NCBI GenBank assembly: GCA_963833985.1 | Contig: CAWIAD010000001.1 | Location: 2,080,001-2,144,000 of the forward strand | Reading direction: 5' to 3' | Source: an uncultured Planctomycetaceae bacterium | GTDB taxonomy: Bacteria > Planctomycetota > Planctomycetia > Isosphaerales > Isosphaeraceae | DNA: 64,000 bases | Shown here: piece by piece, positions 33,406-43,655 of the stretch | Layout: each line of letters begins with the position of its first letter | Position numbering within the stretch: the first letter of the stretch is position 1 | Made by a program: the position numbers and the translations under genes | Notes under the pieces: generated by a model | Told to the model about the DNA's origin: nothing | Databases searched by the model: none | What the model saw: only the letters and a program-made list of their open reading frames with translations

Positions 33406-35294
33406 GCTTCAGATCCTCCGGAATCCGATCCGCGTTCGTCGCAGTCACGCCGCTCGGGGTCGGGGCGGCAAGGCCGTACACATCGACCCGCCCGTCATAG
33501 GTCGCCACCAGGACCTTTCCGTCCGCGACGCTCGGAGGGCAGAATTTGCTGAGGTTGAACGTGTTCCCCGGTATGTGCGTGCTGTCCCAGAGTAACTTGA
33601 GTCGGGGGGTGCCGTCGAGGTTCTTCACGGGGTCAAGCCGCGTTGCATCGTAGGCGCGGAGGATTCCTTCCACCACGTAGCGGTTGGCATCACCACGAAT
33701 CGGGGCGGTCGCCCAGACAATCGCCGTGTTCGGCTTCGATCCGTTGGCCGAGATCACCGGGAACCCCCCTGGCATGCCTCCCTTGCCGCCGAACCCCGCG
33801 GACGCGACCTCCGCGCTCCTGGCCAGGAAGGTCGCGGCACCGCTGGTGCCGATGGACCAGGCTCGAAGGCTCTCGTTCTCCCCCCAGGCGAACAGGGTCG
33901 GCCCCTGGGCCGGGATGTTGCAGAACGCGGGCGAGCCATGCAGGTGGTGCGTCTTGCCGTCATAGAGATGATCAAGGTTGCCAACCTGCGACGCGTCGAT
34001 GCCGAACCCCGGAAAATACGTGAAGAAGATCGGCGGTGCCTTGAGCCGCGTGAAGTCCGCTCCCTGGCCGAAGGCGGCCGTGTCCCTGGGCAGAACGTAG
34101 AGCACGCCGTCCTTGCCCGCCCCGATCACGAGGTCCAGGCCGGGCAGTGGGACCGGTCCCGCCGAGCCCAGGTCGTAGTCCTGGAAGTTGTCGTCCCCCT
34201 TGCGGTTTCGCACGGTATCGCGAAAGGGCGTGAACCAGGCGACCGCTTCCAGCTTCCCCTGGGCGGCCGGCCCCGGCGGGGGCGTGTACCGGAGCTTCAC
34301 GAAACTGTCCGGCAAATCGCCGGCCGCCGGCGGCTGGGTGTTGCCGGCCTCGTCCTCGACCCCGTAATTGCCGGTCATCACGTAGAGATCGCCGTTCTCG
34401 TCGGCCGCCGGCCCCTGGGCGGCCTGCCAGATTCCCGCGCCCGTCCCGTGTGGCGTGGTCGTCCAGGCGGCCGTCTGGCGGAAGGATCCGGCGTCAAAGG
34501 CAATGACCCAGCCATGCGTCGGGTCGTGCTCCTCGTGGGTCATGGCGAAGGCCACGAAGATGGTTTTCGTCGCCACGCCGGCGCTGCTGGGCCGGCTTGT
34601 CAAGAGCAGGCCGGAGCGCTGCTTCTGCCGCGAGGGAACGAACCGGGCGGTGGGGACGCCCTGGTCCGTGGCCGCGGCCTGGATCACGACCGGCGGATGG
34701 GCATCGCTGCCATTGGCCAGGTTCAATGCGTGCAACTGAAAGATCGCGCTGGCCACGCTGCCGTCGCTGCTGGTCCAGCTCACCACGTACATCGTTCTGG
34801 CATCCAGGTCGATGACCGGCGTACTGAGGATTCCCCAGAGCTTGTTCACGCCCCAGAGGTCGATTTCCGTCGAACCCGGAAACCCGCCCATCGGGGTGGG
34901 CTTCGGCTTGACGGGGCGGCCCAGCGAGCGCGGGCTGGACCAGATGGCCTGCCCCGCCCTGACGTCGAACGCCCATACGTTGTCGGCCATGGTGCACACG
35001 AAGACCACGTCGTGCACTTTGCCGTCGTTCATGGTCAGCCCCGGGACATAGAGCGGCTGCGCCTCGATCCGGGGGTCATCGGTCACCTGCAAGCTGAGCA
35101 GCTTGACCATCAGGTTGCTGCCCACCTTCTCCGGCGTGAGAGCGATCTCCCGCTGGTTCGCGCTGGTGCGCGCTGTTGCCGGAGCGCGTCAGCCAGGGCG
35201 TCTGCGCGGGAAGTGACGCGGCCGCGGCCAGGAGAATGAGCGGAAGCCCCAGGACGGCATAAGCCTGCGTCGAGCCGCGATGGTTCCCGATCAT
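33383..35294 (-). CDS. Secreted PQQ/BamB-like beta-propeller protein, one frameshift near 35170
   Basis: Signal peptide and WLTRSG join [52 protein letters not shown]. Confidence 0.75.
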
Positions 35295-35404
35295 GGTGAG
35301 TTCCCGGCGGACGGTGAAGCAGAACGTGTCTCTCATGCAATCCAATCATGATTCGCGTGGGCAGACCGAAGCAGACAAGGACCGTTGCGCTCTGGCTACT
35401 TCGT

Positions 35405-35761
35405 TCATCGTGGCTCCCTGACGCCCAGAGTCGCGGGCGGTTCCCGCCAGCGCTGGCGGCGGCGGTCGATGAGGCGGGCGACGAAGGTCTCATACTCCTC
35501 ATGGGACCGGCGCCTCTTCGGGTCCCAGCGCCTCCCTTTCTCCCAGTTGCAAGAACCATGGACGAGACCCAGGTTCTCCAGCTCGTCAGTGCCTCCCCGG
35601 GAGCGTGCGCGGATGTGCTCCAGGGTGGCACCCACACCGGTGGCGCGATCGAAGGCCAGTGGTCCATTGCAGATCAGGCACTTGCCAACCCAGGTGGCTC
35701 CCACCAGCCGGAACGTCGTATCGGTCTCGGCAACCCGGCCGAGTCGTTCGGCAGGCTTCAT
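35405..35761 (-). CDS. HNH endonuclease domain protein (118 aa)
   Basis: CLIC...TLEHIRARSRGGTDELENLGLVHGSCNWEKG. Confidence 0.85.
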   Translation of the reverse strand: MKPAERLGRVAETDTTFRLVGATWVGKCLICNGPLAFDRATGVGATLEHIRARSRGGTDELENLGLVHGSCNWEKGRRWDPKRRRSHEEYETFVARLIDRRRQRWREPPATLGVREPR

Positions 35762-35969
35762 GAGGCACCCTCAATGGATCATGCCATCTCGGATTTGACA
35801 GGCCCCACTGGTGACCTAGATTCAGAATGCGGGCTGGTGCTGCTCGGTGCCCTGAATCGAGCCCGCACGCAGGGATCATCGAAGAAGCGCGGAGATGACG
35901 GCCCCTGGGAACGATCTCGTCGGCGACCCAGGTTTCCGCGGCCGGTGTCGTGCAGCAGCGAGGCTCAAC

Positions 35970-36951
35970 ATGGATGCTCGGGGCAAAACGCAGATCTGCA
36001 TCTCCACCGTGGCCGGCGAAGATCCCGCAGCCGTGCCCACGGACACATCTCCCTTGCTCCTCTACCTGATCATGGTCCGCGGCGGAGTACCGGGCACCAT
36101 GCTCCGCCTTGCCCAGAAGTCCAGCAGCCTCGGCCGCTCGGCGGACAACACGTTCCAGATCCACGACAGCACCGTCTCCCGGCGGCACGCCCTGATCACG
36201 GTTGATACCTCCGCGGCCGCGTGGCTCATGGACCTGGGCAGCACCAACGGTACGTTTGTCAATGGCCGGCGCATTCCCATGCACACGCCGGTCCAGATTG
36301 GTGATGGATCCAGAATTCAGCTGGGCTCGGCCACGCTGCTCAAGTATCTCAAGCTCGACCCCTGCGAGGAAGGCTTCCAGCGCGAGCTTTACGAACGCTC
36401 GGTCCGAGACAACCTGACCGGCCTGTACAACCGCGGCTACTTCCTCAGCCAGATCGGACCGCTTGCCGAGCTGAACACGATGTGCGAGCTTGGCCTGGCG
36501 CTGATCCTGGTGGACATTGACCATTTCAAGCAGGTCAATGACACGCACGGGCACCACGTCGGCGACCTGATCCTCCGCGAGGTGGCGGACGTGCTCCGCG
36601 AGTCGGCCCGGGGAGAAGACCTGGTGGCCCGCTATGGAGGTGAGGAGTTCATCCTGGCCCTGCCGAGCTGCTCCCTGGAGCAAGCGTCGGAACTCGCCGA
36701 GCGGATTCGCGTCCGGCTCTTCGAGCCGGCTGGTCGAGGCCTCGGACGCGCGGGTGAGCGTGACCGCCAGCCTCGGCCTGTCGTTCGCACCTCCCGGCCG
36801 GATCCGCGACATCGCCGCCCTCATCACCGCGGCCGATCAGGCGCTCTACAGGGCCAAGCGAACCGGTCGCAACCGCCTCGTCGCCCACTCGATGAGCGAC
36901 CAGGAACCGGGGCGCAAGACCGAATCCGCGGACGCCTTCGTCCTCTTCTGA
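35970..36951 (+). CDS. FHA-GGDEF diguanylate cyclase, one frameshift around 36715-36750
   Basis: FHA motifs GR, SRRHA, DLGSTNGT; RDNLTGLYNR, DIDHFKQVND, RYGGEEF. The shifted tail reads VTASLG...ADQALYRAKRTGRNR. Alternative start at 35895. Confidence 0.88.
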
Positions 36952-37027
36952 ATGCTCCGCCCAGCAGACCCGCCGCACTCTCATGTCCTGCCGCTTTCCG
37001 CCGGACTGGTCCGGGCACGACGCGCTC

Positions 37028-37056
37028 TTCACAAACCGGAGCCAGCGGTCTAAAGT
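37028..37056 (+). promoter_or_regulatory. Candidate sigma70 promoter
   Basis: TTCACA, 17-bp spacer, TAAAGT; directly upstream of the structured segment. Confidence 0.45.
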
Positions 37057-37062
37057 CTTCAG

Positions 37063-37285
37063 GATCATCATCTTATGGCCCTATTTGATGGTCCGTCCGG
37101 GGACCGCAGCGAGCGTCCGATCTGCGCTTCGGAGTGGGGCAGGCGGCGAACCCGTGGTCCTCGAGTTCGCCCGCGGACATGCAGTCTCGGACCGCGCGGC
37201 CGGCGGTAAAGAAGCCTGCTGCGTTGCAGTCATCGGGCGGATATGCTGGTGCGGGGCTGCGCCGTTTCGGCCCCGGCATCCTGGT
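37063..37285 (+). ncRNA. Candidate structured RNA or long 5' leader, unclassified
   Basis: Nested helices 37092-99/37234-41, 37102-11/37222-31, 37115-20/37187-92 and 37145-54/37162-71, a crossing pair 37139-44/37214-19, and flanking hairpins. Confidence 0.4.
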
Positions 37286-37319
37286 TTGCAATGCTTGTCA
37301 CGATCGGGAGAGACCACCC

Positions 37320-38186
37320 GTGCCGCAGTCGAACGACAGTCCTGGATCGGACCTTGCTCCCTGTTGCCTGGGCGTCTGTAGCTGGAGCCTTCAGGTTCGC
37401 AGTGTGCCAGAGCTGCAACGGCTGCTGGAGCGTCTGGGAATCGACGTGGTTCAGATGGCCTGCGGAGATCCGCAGCACGCGAGCTGGGACGAGGCCGACA
37501 CCCTCCCCGAGGCTGCGCGTGCGTCCGGGATCGTCATGTCGGCGGCCATGCTGGGCTTTCCCGGCGAGGATTACACCACTCCCCAGACCATCCAGCAGAC
37601 GGGTGGATTTGGCAACCCCGCGACCCGCAGTGAACGGCTGGAACGGCTCGGCTGGGGGCTGAAGCGGACCGTGGACCTGGGACTTCGCGACCTCACGCTG
37701 CACGCCGGGTTCATTCCCGCAGTTGCCGATCCTGCGCGTCCGGCGTTCCTCGACACACTCAGAAAGGCCGCGGAGCTCGCCCGGCAGTACGGGGTGACCC
37801 TGGCGTTCGAGACCGGGCAGGAGACCGCCGGGCTGCTCCTTGCCACCCTGGAAGAGTTGCAGGCGACGAACCTGATGGTCAACTTCGACCCGGCCAACAT
37901 GCTGCTGTACGACATGGGCGACCCGATCGAGGCCGTGCAATTACTCGGGTCGAGAATCCGCTCCGTGCACGTCAAGGACGCGCGCCGGCCAAAGGCGAAG
38001 GGAGAATGGGGAGAGGAAGTCCCCCTGGGTGAGGGCGAAGTCGGGATCGGGCGGTTTCTCGGTGCGCTGCGGGAGATCGGATATCAGGGCCCGCTGGTGA
38101 TCGAGCGCGAGGTCGGAAACCAGGAGCAGCGCCTGCGTGACGTGGCCCACGGTCTGGAAGTTCTTCGCCGCTGCCTGGCCGAGTGA
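37320..38186 (+). CDS. Sugar phosphate isomerase/epimerase (AP_endonuc_2 TIM barrel)
   Basis: GVCSWSL, LHAGF, AFETGQE, VNFDPAN, VHVKD, GPLVIERE metal-binding pattern. GTG start inferred. Confidence 0.88.
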   Translation: MPQSNDSPGSDLAPCCLGVCSWSLQVRSVPELQRLLERLGIDVVQMACGDPQHASWDEADTLPEAARASGIVMSAAMLGFPGEDYTTPQTIQQTGGFGNPATRSERLERLGWGLKRTVDLGLRDLTLHAGFIPAVADPARPAFLDTLRKAAELARQYGVTLAFETGQETAGLLLATLEELQATNLMVNFDPANMLLYDMGDPIEAVQLLGSRIRSVHVKDARRPKAKGEWGEEVPLGEGEVGIGRFLGALREIGYQGPLVIEREVGNQEQRLRDVAHGLEVLRRCLAE

Positions 38187-38285
38187 TCGCCGGCAAACGG
38201 CAAGGAGCAGGCACTAGGCCTGCTCCGGCAGCCGTGAACCGGTGCGGGTTTGCTGGCGAAGATGATCAACTGATGAAGATGCTGA

Positions 38286-38621
38286 TCAGCTGACCACGCT
38301 ATCGACGACGTGGGCGAGTTCCCGCCCAGCCTCGGTCAGCGCGTAGAAGTTGTGCTTGCCCGACCGCCGGGGCTCGATGAGCCTGCCGTGCCGCAGCAGC
38401 GCCAGGTGATGGCTCACGGCGGGCTGGCTCTGCGTGCCGAGGTCGGTACAGAGTTCGGACACGTTACGCTCCTTTTCGCTCAGGAGCATGAGAACTTGTA
38501 GCCGCGTGGGGTCCGAGACCTGCTTGAGCAGTTCCGCGACCCGCCGGATCTCGGCCAGTGACCGGCCTGCCGCCGTGGACTTGGCCGTCCGGGTTGCTGA
38601 CTTCGTGGTGGACGCTGCCAT
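38286..38621 (-). CDS. ArsR/SmtB-family transcriptional regulator
   Basis: SDPTRLQVL, NVSEL, SQPAVSHHLALLR, RRSGK..FYAL. Upstream TTGACG-N17-TATCAT at 38745-38717. Confidence 0.92.
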   Translation of the reverse strand: MAASTTKSATRTAKSTAAGRSLAEIRRVAELLKQVSDPTRLQVLMLLSEKERNVSELCTDLGTQSQPAVSHHLALLRHGRLIEPRRSGKHNFYALTEAGRELAHVVDSVVS

Positions 38622-39042
38622 GGTTTTCCTCAACCATCCGTCTATCAAGGGTTTGCGCGAACAGTGACTCGGCCATGTGGAATCACGGTATCGTTAGTTA
38701 TGGATCGCTAGAGGTCATGATAGGATTATCCGTAGATCTCGTCAAGTGCTTCTGTCACTTTCATTCAATTCAGTTCCAGGGCCGACGACGTCCTAGAAAT
38801 GCCGATGCGTTTGCATAAGGCGCGGCGGTCCTCAAGGTACGGAATTTGCAGACCCAATCGCTGAATTGAACGGGTTTGTTTCAATTTGCGCTGCTTCCCC
38901 GGCTGCCGCGAAGCGATCCGGGGGGACTTGCTCTGCCGGTTATCTGAACTTATGATGAGATCACCGCAAGAAAACGGCGTTCAGGACGTGATCTCCAGCA
39001 CGGGGCGCCTTGCCACTACTTCTCCGACGAAGGTCGTGATCC

Positions 39043-40506
39043 ATGCCCGGGGCCGCTGCCGCATCACAAGGGACCCGCACCGCACTTGAAGTTGCCTACC
39101 AGCAGTGCATCCACCCCGAGTGCGGCGCGACCTACCCGGTCACGGAAACACATTTCGCGTGCCCTGCTTGCGGCGATCTGCTGGACGTCGTCTATGACTG
39201 GGACCGCCTTCCCGTCCCCCGGAATCTCGCCGAGTTCCAGTCTCGATGGGCTGATCGACTGGATCCGCTCAACTTTTCCGGAGTCTGGCGCTTTCGCGAC
39301 CTGCTTCCGTTCGCTCCGGCCGAGAGTGTGGTCACCATCGGCGAGGGCCAGACCCTGCTCCAGCAAGCCGACAAGGTCGGGCAATATGTCGGCATGGCAC
39401 CCGGTCGGTTGCTTCTCCAGTACGAGGGAATGAACCCCTCTGGGAGCTTCAAGGATAATGGCATGACGGCCGCGTTCACGCATGCTCGCATGGTTGGCGC
39501 CAAGCGAGTGGCATGCGCCAGTACGGGCAATACCTCCGCGGCACTGGCAGTTTACTGTTCAGCGACAGGCCTCGGGTTTCGGGCCATCATTTTTGTCGGT
39601 TCGGGGAAAATCGCCTACGGCAAGCTGGCACAGGCGCTCGATCACGGCGCGCTGACCATCCAGATCAACGGCGACTTCGACGATGCCATGCTCCGCGTCC
39701 GGCAAATCGCCGATCGCCTTGGCATCTACCTGATGAACTCGGTGAACCCGTTCCGGCTGGAAGGCCAGAAAACCATCATGTACCGCGTGCTGGAGGCCAT
39801 GCGCTGGGAGGTTCCGGACTGGATCGTCGTCCCCGGAGGTAACCTGGGCAACTCCAGCGCATTCGGAAAGGCATTCATCGAACTGAAGCATCTTGGCTTG
39901 GTCGCCCGGGTCCCGAGGCTGGCGGTCATCAACGCCGCTGGCGCCTGCACGCTTGCCGAGCTGGTCGGCCAGCGCAAGCTTTCGTGGCGGAGCGGCCTGC
40001 CCGCGATGGACGTGATCAGCGGCTATTATGGAGAGCTCGATGCGCAGCAGCGGAAGGCGTCGACGATCGCCTCGGCCATCGAGATCAACCGGCCGGTCAA
40101 CCTCAAGAAGTGTCTCCGGGCACTCGATTTTTGCTCGGGCGTGGTGCGGCACGTGAGCGACCAGGAAATCCTGGACGCCAAGGCTCAGGTCGGGGCCGGC
40201 GGTCTGGGTTGCGAGCCGGCCAGCGCGGCGACCGTGGCCGGCGCCCGGCGGTTACGCGAGGAGAACGTCATTGCCGCCTCCGACCGGGTGGTCTGCATCC
40301 TCACGGGACATCAGCTCAAGGACCCGGGGGCAACGGTCGCTTACCACGGTGCCGACGAGCAGCAATTCCAGAAGGTCCTGGGGAGCCGGGGAGTGCACGC
40401 TGCCCCGTTCGCGAACCGGCCGGTCGTGGTCGCCAATGATCTGGATGAAATCGTGGAAGCGATTGCCCGCCACGCCCGGACCGCGGCTGCCCCGGTGGCT
40501 TCCTGA
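39043..40506 (+). CDS. thrC: Threonine synthase
   Basis: N-terminal zinc ribbon, [11 protein letters not shown] (PLP lysine), [38 protein letters not shown]. Confidence 0.95.
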   Translation: MPGAAAASQGTRTALEVAYQQCIHPECGATYPVTETHFACPACGDLLDVVYDWDRLPVPRNLAEFQSRWADRLDPLNFSGVWRFRDLLPFAPAESVVTIGEGQTLLQQADKVGQYVGMAPGRLLLQYEGMNPSGSFKDNGMTAAFTHARMVGAKRVACASTGNTSAALAVYCSATGLGFRAIIFVGSGKIAYGKLAQALDHGALTIQINGDFDDAMLRVRQIADRLGIYLMNSVNPFRLEGQKTIMYRVLEAMRWEVPDWIVVPGGNLGNSSAFGKAFIELKHLGLVARVPRLAVINAAGACTLAELVGQRKLSWRSGLPAMDVISGYYGELDAQQRKASTIASAIEINRPVNLKKCLRALDFCSGVVRHVSDQEILDAKAQVGAGGLGCEPASAATVAGARRLREENVIAASDRVVCILTGHQLKDPGATVAYHGADEQQFQKVLGSRGVHAAPFANRPVVVANDLDEIVEAIARHARTAAAPVAS

Positions 40507-40554
40507 ATCCAAACACGCAGGGCCGGCTGGACCGGTCAGGAAGGACAGCATCGC

Positions 40555-41352
40555 GTGAATCAGAAAACAGTCCGCCTGGGACTCCATGGAGCAGGGGGCC
40601 GGATGGGCTTGCGGCTCGTGCAACTCGTCACCGAGGATCCTCGCGTGGAGCTGGGCTGGGCCATCGATCGGCCCGACCACCCGCGCCGGGGCGAGGACGC
40701 GGGCGTGCTGGCCGCCACCGGCCCGCTCGGTGTGCCACTCTCGACGCTCGCCCAGCACGGAGTGCACGTCGATGCTATGATCGATTTCTCACATCCCCTG
40801 GCCACCCTCGAGCTGGCCCGCGCCTGTGCGGAGCGGTCCATCCCCCTGGTCGTGGGCACGACCGGCCTGACCGGCCCCCAGCGCGCTGAGCTGGAACAGG
40901 CCGCGGCGCGGATCCCGCTGCTGCTCTCGCCGAATATGAGCAGGGCCGTGAATCTGCTCATGCGACTGGTTGCGGAGACGGCCAGTGCACTCGGGCAATC
41001 GGCCGACATCGAGATCATTGAACGTCATCATCGACTCAAGCGTGACGCGCCCAGCGGCACAGCCCTGCGGCTGGCGGAGATCGCCGCCGGCGCCGCCGGG
41101 ATCACTCGGTTCATCAGCGGCCGTGAAGGACAGGTGGGGCAGAGACCCGGCAACGAGATCGGCATCCATGCGGTCCGCGCGGGGGACGATCCCGGCGAGC
41201 ATACCGTGATCTTCGGCCTGCCGGGAGAATCGCTGGAACTGTCGCATCGCGCCCTGAACCGCGATGGTTTCGTTCGCGGCGCCATCGATGCCGCGGTTTT
41301 CCTGGCAAGGCAGCCGGCGGGACGCTACACCATGAGCGACGTTCTCAGCTAA
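40555..41352 (+). CDS. dapB: 4-hydroxy-tetrahydrodipicolinate reductase
   Basis: GAGGRMG, IDFS, VGTTG, EIIERHHRLKRDAPSGTA, GEHTVIF. Confidence 0.95.
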   Translation: MNQKTVRLGLHGAGGRMGLRLVQLVTEDPRVELGWAIDRPDHPRRGEDAGVLAATGPLGVPLSTLAQHGVHVDAMIDFSHPLATLELARACAERSIPLVVGTTGLTGPQRAELEQAAARIPLLLSPNMSRAVNLLMRLVAETASALGQSADIEIIERHHRLKRDAPSGTALRLAEIAAGAAGITRFISGREGQVGQRPGNEIGIHAVRAGDDPGEHTVIFGLPGESLELSHRALNRDGFVRGAIDAAVFLARQPAGRYTMSDVLS

Positions 41353-41407
41353 GCGGACCGAGGATGCGTTGCCCCAGAAGCTCCTGGCCCCGAAAGGCGA
41401 GATCAGC

Positions 41408-41803
41408 ATGGCTCGTTGCGAACAGGGTTACCTCTGCGAGGTTTGCGGACAGGAGGTTGAGGACTTGACCGACTCCGACCTGTATCTGCGCTACGTCCTG
41501 GGCGAGGTCGCCCCCGAGCGGCTGCACTTGCTTCCCGAGCGGCACATTCGCTGCAATCCCGTGCTGGCCCAGTTCATCGCGACCGAGGGCTGGTTGCCCG
41601 TGGTGGTCGAGGGGGCCTTCTCCAGGAGTGCGCTGGACCGGGAATTCGTCGACCACGAGGAATCTCGAGTCACGCGCGGGTATCATCGACTCCGCGAACT
41701 CGTCCGTCTCGGGCTCCCCATCGAGGACTACCCCCTGGCATTGACGGCCGGGGATACCGATCACCCGGACGGGCAGGGCGGCGCATCGTCCCCGCATGCA
41801 TGA
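41408..41803 (+). CDS. Hypothetical protein with Cys/His putative metal site
   Basis: MARCEQGYLCEVCG...ERHIRCNP; host-like codon usage; co-oriented with dapB. Confidence 0.7.
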   Translation: MARCEQGYLCEVCGQEVEDLTDSDLYLRYVLGEVAPERLHLLPERHIRCNPVLAQFIATEGWLPVVVEGAFSRSALDREFVDHEESRVTRGYHRLRELVRLGLPIEDYPLALTAGDTDHPDGQGGASSPHA

Positions 41804-41836
41804 CCGACGGCGGTCAAGTTTCCAGAGAGAACACCC

Positions 41837-42430
41837 ATGCTACCTGGTTGGCTCCACTTCTCCGGGTCTGCTCTGGGGCCGGCAACTCCCGATGAGTACC
41901 AGCAAGCGGAGGCTCCATCACAATCGCCGGCCGCCCGCATTCTCTTTCTGGATGACGATCCCGGCCGGGCCCGGTTGTTCCTCAAGCGCCATCCCGTGGC
42001 CGTCTGGGTGCAAACCGCGGAGGAATGCATCATGCACCTTCAAGAAGATTGGGATGAGGTGCATCTGGACCATGACCTGGGGGGCGAAATCTTCGTGGAT
42101 CCAAACCGCGACGATTGTGGCATGGAGGTTGTTCGCTGGCTCTGCACCGACTCAGGACGGCCTCGAGCCGGGACCTGGTTTTTCGTTCATAGCCACAACT
42201 CCGAGGCCGCCGGCCTGATGGTACGTATGCTCCGGCAGCACGCTTACCAGGCCATCTATCGACCCTTCGGAGTGGACGTCCTGCACCGGGTTTCCAGCGA
42301 CGAAGACACCACCGGCGACGGCGCCGAATTGCCGGCGGGACCCACCGGCGCGACGGGTTGCGCACCGCCAGCGAGCGCACCGGGTGTGCGCAGGTGGCTC
42401 GGTCGCTGGCTCCTCCGGTACCGCCGCTGA
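41837..42430 (+). CDS. Cyclic-phosphate-processing receiver-like domain protein
   Basis: [21 protein letters not shown] and VHSHN motifs of this atypical receiver family. Confidence 0.75.
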   Translation: MLPGWLHFSGSALGPATPDEYQQAEAPSQSPAARILFLDDDPGRARLFLKRHPVAVWVQTAEECIMHLQEDWDEVHLDHDLGGEIFVDPNRDDCGMEVVRWLCTDSGRPRAGTWFFVHSHNSEAAGLMVRMLRQHAYQAIYRPFGVDVLHRVSSDEDTTGDGAELPAGPTGATGCAPPASAPGVRRWLGRWLLRYRR

Positions 42431-42605
42431 GCGCCCTGGCGGGCCATCTCCGGCCAGCGGTGAAGGCGTCGATGCCCTTCGGTTCGGGGCTGCGCGGGAC
42501 CTTGCCGGTTTTGAAATCGCACCCGCTGCCGTATCATGGCGTACTGGTGAACGTGACCGCCGCGGTCACGGGGCTCGGGACGAGGTTCATGTCCGGAGGG
42601 TTGCC

Positions 42606-43538
42606 TTGAGAACCGTCATCACGGGAGGAGCCGGGTTCATTGGCTCGCATCTGTGTGAGCGCTTCCTCGACGAGGGCCACGAGGTGGTCTGCGTGGATAA
42701 CCTGCTGACGGGAACGCGTCGCAACATCGCGCACCTGGAGGGCAATCACCGGTTCCGGTTCCTGGAACACAACATCTCCGAGCCGGTGGAGATCGACGGT
42801 CCGGTGGAGAACGTGCTCCATTTCGCCAGCCCCGCCAGCCCGGTGGATTACCTCGCCCACCCGATCCCCACGCTCAAGGTCGGCTCGCTCGGGACTCACA
42901 ACGCGCTGGGCCTGGCCAAGGCCAAGAATGCCCGGTTCCTGCTGGCCAGCACCTCGGAGGTTTATGGCGACCCCGAGGTGCACCCTCAGCGCGAGGACTA
43001 CTGGGGCCACGTCAACCCGATCGGTCCGCGGGGCTGCTACGACGAGGCCAAGCGGTTCGCCGAGGCGATCACCATGGCCTACCACCGGTTTCATGGCGTG
43101 AAGACTCGTATTGTCCGGATCTTCAACACCTACGGCCCGCGGATGCGCCTGAACGACGGTCGCGTGCTGCCCAATTTCATTAACCAGGCTCTGCACGGCG
43201 AACCGATCACGATTTACGGCAAGGGGGACCAGACGCGGAGCTTCTGCTACGTCAGCGACCTGGTCGAAGGTCTTTACCGCTTGCTCCTTTCCGACCACTC
43301 GCTGCCGGTGAACCTGGGGAACCCGTCAGAGATCACCGTGCTGGAGCTGGCCAGGGAGATCATCGCTCTGGTTGAGGGGACGAAGAGCACCGTCATCCAC
43401 TGCGACCTGCCTCAGGACGACCCGAAACGGCGCCGGCCCGATATCACCAAGGCGCAAACGCTGCTGGGCTGGAATCCGACGGTCGACCGTGGCGCGGGCT
43501 TTCGCCAGACGCTCGAGTATTTCCGGTCGGTCATTTGA
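42606..43538 (+). CDS. UDP-glucuronate decarboxylase-family SDR
   Basis: [56 protein letters not shown] start after GGAGG. Confidence 0.93.
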   Translation: MRTVITGGAGFIGSHLCERFLDEGHEVVCVDNLLTGTRRNIAHLEGNHRFRFLEHNISEPVEIDGPVENVLHFASPASPVDYLAHPIPTLKVGSLGTHNALGLAKAKNARFLLASTSEVYGDPEVHPQREDYWGHVNPIGPRGCYDEAKRFAEAITMAYHRFHGVKTRIVRIFNTYGPRMRLNDGRVLPNFINQALHGEPITIYGKGDQTRSFCYVSDLVEGLYRLLLSDHSLPVNLGNPSEITVLELAREIIALVEGTKSTVIHCDLPQDDPKRRRPDITKAQTLLGWNPTVDRGAGFRQTLEYFRSVI

Positions 43539-43655
43539 GTGGCCCGCGCGCTGCGATGCGCGTCTCCGGCCCCAGCCGACCGCTCGCAGTCTCGCCAGCC
43601 GGGACGAAATCAGCCTATCGTCCGTTGTCATGCATGAATCACGAAGCGGAGTCCC

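Noticed and set aside
35405..35761. HNH gene as part of a defence system or mobile intron
   Set aside because: No methyltransferase, ATPase, immunity gene or intron context nearby.
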